This document shows, in pieces, positions 58,071-64,000 of a DNA stretch of 64,000 bases. The stretch lies in NCBI RefSeq assembly GCF_009914755.1, contig NC_060940.1, one strand, 5' to 3'. The notes beneath the pieces were generated by a model, which worked only from the letters and a program-made list of their open reading frames with translations, was not told where the DNA came from and searched no databases. The DNA comes from the human T2T-CHM13v2.0 reference genome, Homo sapiens. Made by a program: the position numbers and the translations under genes. The first letter of the stretch is position 1. Every line of letters starts with the position of its first letter.

Positions 58071-59213
58071 ATTTTTTTATTTTTATTTGCTTTAAGTTCT
58101 GGGATACATGTGCTGAATGTGCAGGTTTGTTACATAGGTATACATGTGCCATGGTGGTTTGCTGCACCTATCAACCTGTCATCTAGGTTTTAAGCTCTGC
58201 ATGCATTAGGTATTTGTCTTAATGCTCTCTCTCCCCTTGCCCCTCACTCCCAGACAGGCCCCAGTGTGTGATGTTCTCCTCCCTGTTTCCATGTGTTCTC
58301 ATTGTTCAGCTTCCACTTATGAGTGAGAACATGAGGTGTTTGGTTTTCTGTTCTTGTGTTAGCTTGCTGAGGATGATGGTTTCCAGCTTCATCCATGTCC
58401 CTGCAAAGGAAAAGAACTCGTTCTTTTTTATGGCTGCGTAGTATCCCATGGTGTATGTGGAATTTTTCTTTATTCAGTCTATCATTGATGGGCATTTGGG
58501 TTGGTTCCAAGTCTTTGCTATTGTAAATAGTGCTGCAATAAACATATGTGTGCATGTGTCTTTATAGTGGAATGATTTATAATCCTTTGGATATATACCA
58601 AGTAATGGGATTGCTGGATCAAATGGTATTTCTGGTTCTATATTCTTGAGGAATCGCCACACTGTCTTCCATAATGGTTGAACTAATTTACACTCCCACC
58701 AACAGTGTAAAAGCATTCCGATTTCTCTGCATCCTCTCCAGCATCTGTTGTTTCCAGACTTTTTAATGATTGCCATTCTAACTGGCATGAGGTGGTATCT
58801 CATTGTGGTTTTGATTTGCATGTCTCTAATGACCAGTGATGATGAGCTTTTTTTCATATGTCTGTTGGCTGCATAAATGTCTTCTTTTGAGAAATTCTGT
58901 TCATATCCTTCACCCACTTTTTGATGGGGTTGTTTGTTTTTTTCTTGAAAATTTGTTTAAGTTCCTTGTAGATTACAGCTTCTCTTGGCTTGGAAAGGGA
59001 GACTCCCTTGCCCGTGCCTTGGACTTCTTGGGTGAGGAGATGCCCCACCCTTCTTCTGCTCGCCCTCCGTGTGCTGCACCCACTGCCTAACCAGTCCCAG
59101 TGAAATGAACAGGGTACCTCAGTTGGAAATGCAGAAATCACCCGCCTTCTGCATTGGTCTGGCTGGGAGCTGAAGCCCAGAGCTGTTCCTATTCTGTCAT
59201 CTTGCCAGCAGCC
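58071..59213 (-). mobile_element. L1PA7/8-type element: 5'UTR start (58975-59213) fused to 3' ORF2 and 3'UTR (58071-58974)
   Basis: 3'UTR diagnostic tctaggttttaagctctgcatgcattagg; sense 5' end ggctgctggcaagatgacagaataggaacagctc...catttccaactgaggtaccc; TSD-like tcgcccac / tcacccac. Confidence 0.92.
58474..58974 (-). pseudogene. Non-functional remnant of L1 ORF2p C-terminal cysteine-rich domain
   Basis: IYKELKQIFKKKTNNPIKKW and [15 protein letters not shown]...TTMRYHL...[17 protein letters not shown]...PAIPLLGIYP, in two frames (frameshifted). Confidence 0.93.
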
Positions 59214-59704
59214 ACTCACCCACTTCTTAACAGGATTTTTTTTTAATTGTTAAGTTAACTTCCTTGTATATTCCTGGTATTACTCCCATGTCAGATGAAA
59301 AGTTTGCAAATATTTTCTCCCATTCAACAAGTTGTCTCTTTACTCTGTTGATTATTTCCTGGGCTGTACAAAAGCTTTTAGGTTTAACCTAGTCCCATTT
59401 GTCTATTTTTATTTTAGTTGTCTGTGCTTTTGAGATCTTAGCCATAAAATCTTTACCTAGACCAATATCCTAAAATGTTTTCCCTATGTTTTCTTCTGGT
59501 ATTAATAGTTTTATAATTTAATGTCTTGCATTTAAGTTTTTAATCCATTTTGAGTTGATTTTTATACATGGTGAGAGATAGGGGTCCATTTTCATTCTTC
59601 TACATATGAATATTTAATTTTCCAAGACCATTTATTAAAGATGATGTCCTTTCAATAATGTATATTCTTTGTGTCTTTGTCAATAATCAGTTGGCTGTGA
59701 GAAG

Positions 59705-59940
59705 TATTATGGTATAGTAGGAAAAGAATATCAGAATCAATCAGATCTGGTGATATATACATTGCAATGTCTTTTTCTGATCAAACGATCTTGCCCAAGT
59801 GAATTTCATCCCCCGTTTCCTCACCTATAAAATGGAACATAATAGCATCTCCTTCCCAGGATTGTTGGAAGGATCAAATGAGATGATGTTTAATGCACCT
59901 GGCCCAGTGTCTGGCCCCAACTGGACTCCCTATAGATGCC
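59705..59940 (+). mobile_element. MIR
   Basis: ccgtttcctcacctataaaatggaacataatagcatct...ggatcaaatgagatgatg...gcacctggcccagtgtctggc. Confidence 0.8.
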
Positions 59941-60279
59941 ATCCCGTCTCCCTACTCAGCCCCAGGGTGCTTCGCTTGTATCTGTCTCACAGCGCTCACT
60001 GGATTTTCCCACTCTGAGAGTTAGTTGCTTACCTATTTGTTTTCCTCATGAGACTGCCTGCCCTCCAGGTCTAGGGAAGTGTGCTTTTCACTTCTTCCTC
60101 CCCACAGCCCTGAGCATGATACCTAGAATACAGTAGATGCCAATTAAGAGTAGTCAAGTGATGCTGAGGCCAGATGGGCCAGCTGTTTTCATTGGGTTCC
60201 AGACTTTCAGTATTTTAGTCTCTTGCCCTTTTCAATTTGTCAACATTTCAGCCTGAGGGGTTTCTGATTTACAAACTTC

Positions 60280-60520
60280 TCCTGAGTGCCAGGAACTGTG
60301 CATTATCCCATTTCATCCTTGTTTCCTCACCTGTAATTTGGGGCAGTAATAATGCCTGTTACCTAGGGTTCATGAACTCAAGGAGATGATGAACCCTAGA
60401 AGATAGGCATTATTACTGTTTCCAAATTACAGAAAGGAAACAAACTCAAATCATGCACATAAGATAGAAGTGGGCTGAAACCTGGCCAACTTAACCCCCA
60501 AGCCCAGTGGTCTTTACAGT
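60280..60520 (-). mobile_element. MIR containing an inverted copy of its own core (hairpin 60319-60443)
   Basis: gtgccaggaactgtgcattatcccatttcatcc ... aaccctagaagataggcattatt...ttacagaaaggaaac. Confidence 0.75.
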
Positions 60521-60619
60521 GGGATGTTACCATTGAATAAAAGCTAACATTTTTAAAGTACCTACTTTTTGGCTGGCACTGCACTCAGGGGCATACATGC
60601 ATTATCTCATCTGATCCGC

Positions 60620-60920
60620 TAGACTGCATGGTTCTAACAGGGCAGGAATCTTGTGTGTCTTATTCTCTGTTGTATGCTCAGTACCCAACACATTGCCAGA
60701 CACAGAGCAGCTGCCAAGAAATATGTATGGAATGAATGAAACATTATACATCATCCCTCGGAGACAGATACTGTTATTATCTCCATTTTACATCAATTAG
60801 ATAAACAACTGGAAACTGAGAGTGGTTAGAAACTTAACCATGGCCACACTGTTAGTAAATAGGAGACCTAGTATTTTAAATGAAGTCTGTTTGACCAAGT
60901 ACTTAACCTGTCTGTCATCC
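60620..60920. mobile_element. L2 3' end (+, ~60620-60740) followed by a MIR (-, ~60745-60920)
   Basis: ctagactg...agggcaggaatcttgt...gaatgaatgaa; then ttattatctccattttaca...ggaaactgagagtggttag...ggccacactgttagtaaat. Confidence 0.75.
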
Positions 60921-63409
60921 TGCCTAAGGAAAGACAGGTAAATATTTATGAACAAAAAGAAAGAGAAAAAAAAGTGGCATTATCATTCTTCCATTAGCTC
61001 TGTGTATGGTTACGAATTCTTCAGCAGGCTAAAGAAATAATGGGTCATAAAACACTTCTCAGCCATTGCCCCTCACCTTCCTTTGTTTGTATATTGCTAC
61101 TTTCAAAATCATTAAGCCTGTCACTGTTCGTGGGGTAATTCTGAGCATATGACAATTGCCTCTGAGTCACAGGCTGTACCCCTACAGCTTAAATATAACA
61201 ATGGTAGGTTCTTTTCAAAGGGTACATTTTCCCTCACAGCTGCCAGCTCTGCTTTCTATACAAACTAAAAATAATGATCTTTCCATTATGGGAGCACTAG
61301 TATTGTTGCTTTCGCTCTTAGCTTATATTAGTGCTTAAATTATACATTCTTGGTCTCCAGGGATTTAAACTTGGCTGGGAAACTTTTCCTGAGGCCAAAT
61401 AGTGGTGTTAGCTGGTGCTCTAGCATGAGGTTTCTACTGCAGTCTCCTGTAGAGCCTGGGGCGGAATTATAGTACCCGAAATGGCTTCAGTTATGATTGT
61501 TGGCCAGCTATAAAAGGTCACTGATGGAGTCTTTGTAGTCAGCTCCAGCACTTTATAATGGTGGACCCGCTCTTTTTTCTCTGTCTGTCCTACTCATTAA
61601 AGCAAAGCACAAAGTGACCTCTCCTCACTTGCCAAGGCTGCAAAAGAAATCTGTATTCAAGTGTTTGCATATAGGACTTATCTTTAAAGGTGGTAAATAC
61701 CCTGGTGCTTTTTTCAGAAGCATGAGAGCAACCTTGTTCTAGTACAGTCTGACTCATGGTGGGCACCTGGACCATTGTCCTTAGATGAGCACGCCAGTCT
61801 CCAAGGCAATGGGTTGTGAAGTGAGTGGAAAGAGAAGTGGAAATTGAGTTGAAGGTAGTGGAGCAGTGGAGAGGGGAGGAGAAATTTATTTTGATAACTT
61901 GGAAAGTTGTCTCCAAATGATCTTGTCACATAACTCTCAAGTCTTGTAACCTGAGTGCTAATAATAAGTAATAGTGTTCTTTTTCTCCTGGAAATATTAC
62001 GGTGACAAATAATGAATTTATTTTTCTTGTTTTCTTCTTTATTTTTACTTAAACATGTGCATTTGCTGTTGCTGATCTACTGGTAAGTTTTATGGTGTTG
62101 CCACTCATTTAAGAAAAGGCTGCCTAATATTTTGTCAGTGGCAGGGCTTACCAGTCAGCACATATGAATCTTGACTTTGATGGTCAGTTAAGGTCCACTT
62201 AGCATAACTCCCTGTCTATGATAATCTCTGGAGGAACTCTTTAATTTAAGACTTCATAGAGACAATAGGATTAACTGAAAATGATTGAATTGCACTCTGG
62301 AATGAGGATCAGACATAATTTAATATACTTAACTGAGGCATAATTCCATACAACACTCTATAGAAGGCATCCTGAGGGTTTCTAATACTAATTTCTAACT
62401 CCTCTTCACCAGAGAATTCATTCAACAGTTGTCTGGAAATTGATCTTCTCAGCTTGCCCATCTACTGAAAATTCCCTTCTGTATGTTCCAGGTAGATTTC
62501 AGCCCATGTTAGTTGGTGCTGCTAGGGTTGACTTTTTCAATCAACTCTTGTGTTTAAGCCCTGTGCAAGGCTCATTTAACATACCTTCTTGGCAATTATA
62601 CTGCTAAGGAGTCTTGTTTCCATCCAGTATGCTTTGCAGATGACTGCCATCATCCAGTCATCTTAGGGAAAGTCTGTTCTCTCTTCTTTGAGTCTTGAGT
62701 ATTTATTTTTCAAATACAGAAATGTGGATTCAGGACCCTGGGCTCTTCCAGAGGTGTTTCCAAAACTTTGACTTAAGCTAGAATTTTAAGATTGGGTCCA
62801 AGCTGAAAATGAATCTTCCATTAGACACATATATAGACATGACACTTCATTTGACATTTAAATAACTCTTCCAACTGCCACCTCTCAAGATATTCTTGTT
62901 TAAATGTTCCACAACCCATTGTTCTACAGGCCCTGTAAAAACTACCAAAAATGCTCATTAAAGAAGCAAATATTAACATAAAGATTCAAAAGCTGTTAAT
63001 GAGGCTTACTCTAGCAGTTTTTTTCCTCTTTTTAATAAATGTGTGTGCTTATATTAATTTTTCAGGCAAAGAGTACAGTTGGGTTTTCTGCTGAGAATAT
63101 TCTTAGCTTATGTGAGAATGTAACCATCATAATATGTCTCAATGTTCTGCAAAGACTGACGTGAGTTCTAGGTTTTCTATCTCTAGAACAGGTTTGAGAA
63201 TCATAGATTTACAGATTTATGTTCTATTTTATAAGACTAAGAATGACAAAATCTGAATTCTGCTCCTGGATATCCTGTTACTTATCATAAGATGTTATAT
63301 GAAACCTTTGTTCTCCCCTAACCTTAGTCTCCTAATTTATAGTTAGAAAGTGGAAATTGGAAGATTCCCTAAGGGATCATCTTAATTTTTCCAGCCATGG
63401 TTCTATAAT

Positions 63410-63580
63410 ATAAGCTGCTACTTCTATTCTCAGCACCACTCCTATTATTACTATTATTACTATTAATATTACCACTGCTGCTACCCTTATTGGTGTTACT
63501 ACTACTGATAATGCTGCTACTGGTACTACTTACTCTTGCTGCTATTACTACTTTTGCTACCACAAACATCATTATAACTA
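63410..63580 (+). repeat. Degenerate (CTA/TTA/CTG)n trinucleotide low-complexity tract
   Basis: ctattattactattattactatt...ctgctgctac...actactactgataatgctgctactgg. Confidence 0.85.
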
Positions 63581-63937
63581 TCTCAAATTTGCATAGGTTT
63601 CATTTACAAAGACTCATCCTATCTATTTTCTGGTTTAAAACTACAAATCAGATATGGCATGAGTCCTGGGGGAGGAGGTGACCAGTTTCATAGATAAAAG
63701 ACCATTTTCTTATCTGCAACATTTTTTTTCCTCAATCAGCCACCACCTCAATGAAACGTTCCTTTAACTGAGCCAACTTCTATATTCTTACAGCTTTATT
63801 AATCCTAACTAAAAATAAAGTTAATTTGATTCTGTTAGATTTATGTATGTCCAACAGTGAGAGAATTGATTCAGTCTCAATGACTACGGCTACTCCACAA
63901 AATATCACATTATTTTTACATTTTATTGTTGTCTTAC

Positions 63938-64000
63938 TGATATGGTTTGGCTGTGTCCCCACTCAAATCTCATCTTTAATTGTAGCCCTCATAATTCCCT
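63938..64000 (+). mobile_element. THE1 LTR 5' start, cut by the window edge
   Basis: tgatatggtttggctgtgtccccactcaaatctcatctttaattgtag. Confidence 0.92.

Larger units (their letters stand above)
57114..59700 (-). mobile_element. L1MA (MA2/MA3-like) 3' portion hosting a nested L1PA insertion
   Basis: aatgatcaagtcagggtatttg...ccatcactttgag 3'UTR; sequence resumes colinearly after 59215 (cccacttcttaacaggatt...gtttgcaaatattttctcccatt). Confidence 0.9.

Noticed and set aside
58975-59213. L1 5' inversion (twin priming) as the explanation of the junction
   Set aside because: The 5'UTR segment has the same orientation as the 3' segment
63369-63681. Poly-Leu signal-peptide-like and Ser/Asn-rich ORFs
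   Set aside because: Translations of a degenerate trinucleotide repeat

Overview
AT-rich, CpG-depleted primate (very probably human) genomic DNA with no CpG island and no recognisable host protein-coding exon, RNA gene, CRISPR array or prokaryotic feature. It reads as deep intronic or intergenic sequence. Roughly half is transposable-element debris: about 16 Alus (AluJ/FRAM, AluS, AluY, several with intact target-site duplications), MIRs, L2, L3/CR1, L1M and L1PA fragments, a near full-length HAL1, ERVL/MaLR LTRs (two MLT2A, three THE1, MLT1, LTR16) and DNA transposons (MER96B, Tigger2a, MER5). Repeat families were identified from remembered consensus motifs, not a RepeatMasker run, so subfamily calls and ancient-repeat boundaries are approximate. 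The only ORFs with real homology are L1 ORF2p remnants. Most notable observations: (1) an L1PA7-type element whose first ~240 nt of 5'UTR are fused directly to the last ~0.9 kb (about 5 kb missing) inside one pair of target-site duplications; (2) several near-perfect hairpins that look made by local template switching, including a 31-bp-stem, pre-miRNA-sized hairpin at 23315-23386 and a ~125-nt MIR-derived one at 60319-60443; (3) convergent MLT2A LTRs and THE1 LTRs carrying DUX4-type motifs; (4) an isolated GC-box/TATA/Inr cassette at ~61.5 kb. I found no evidence of a new multi-gene system.
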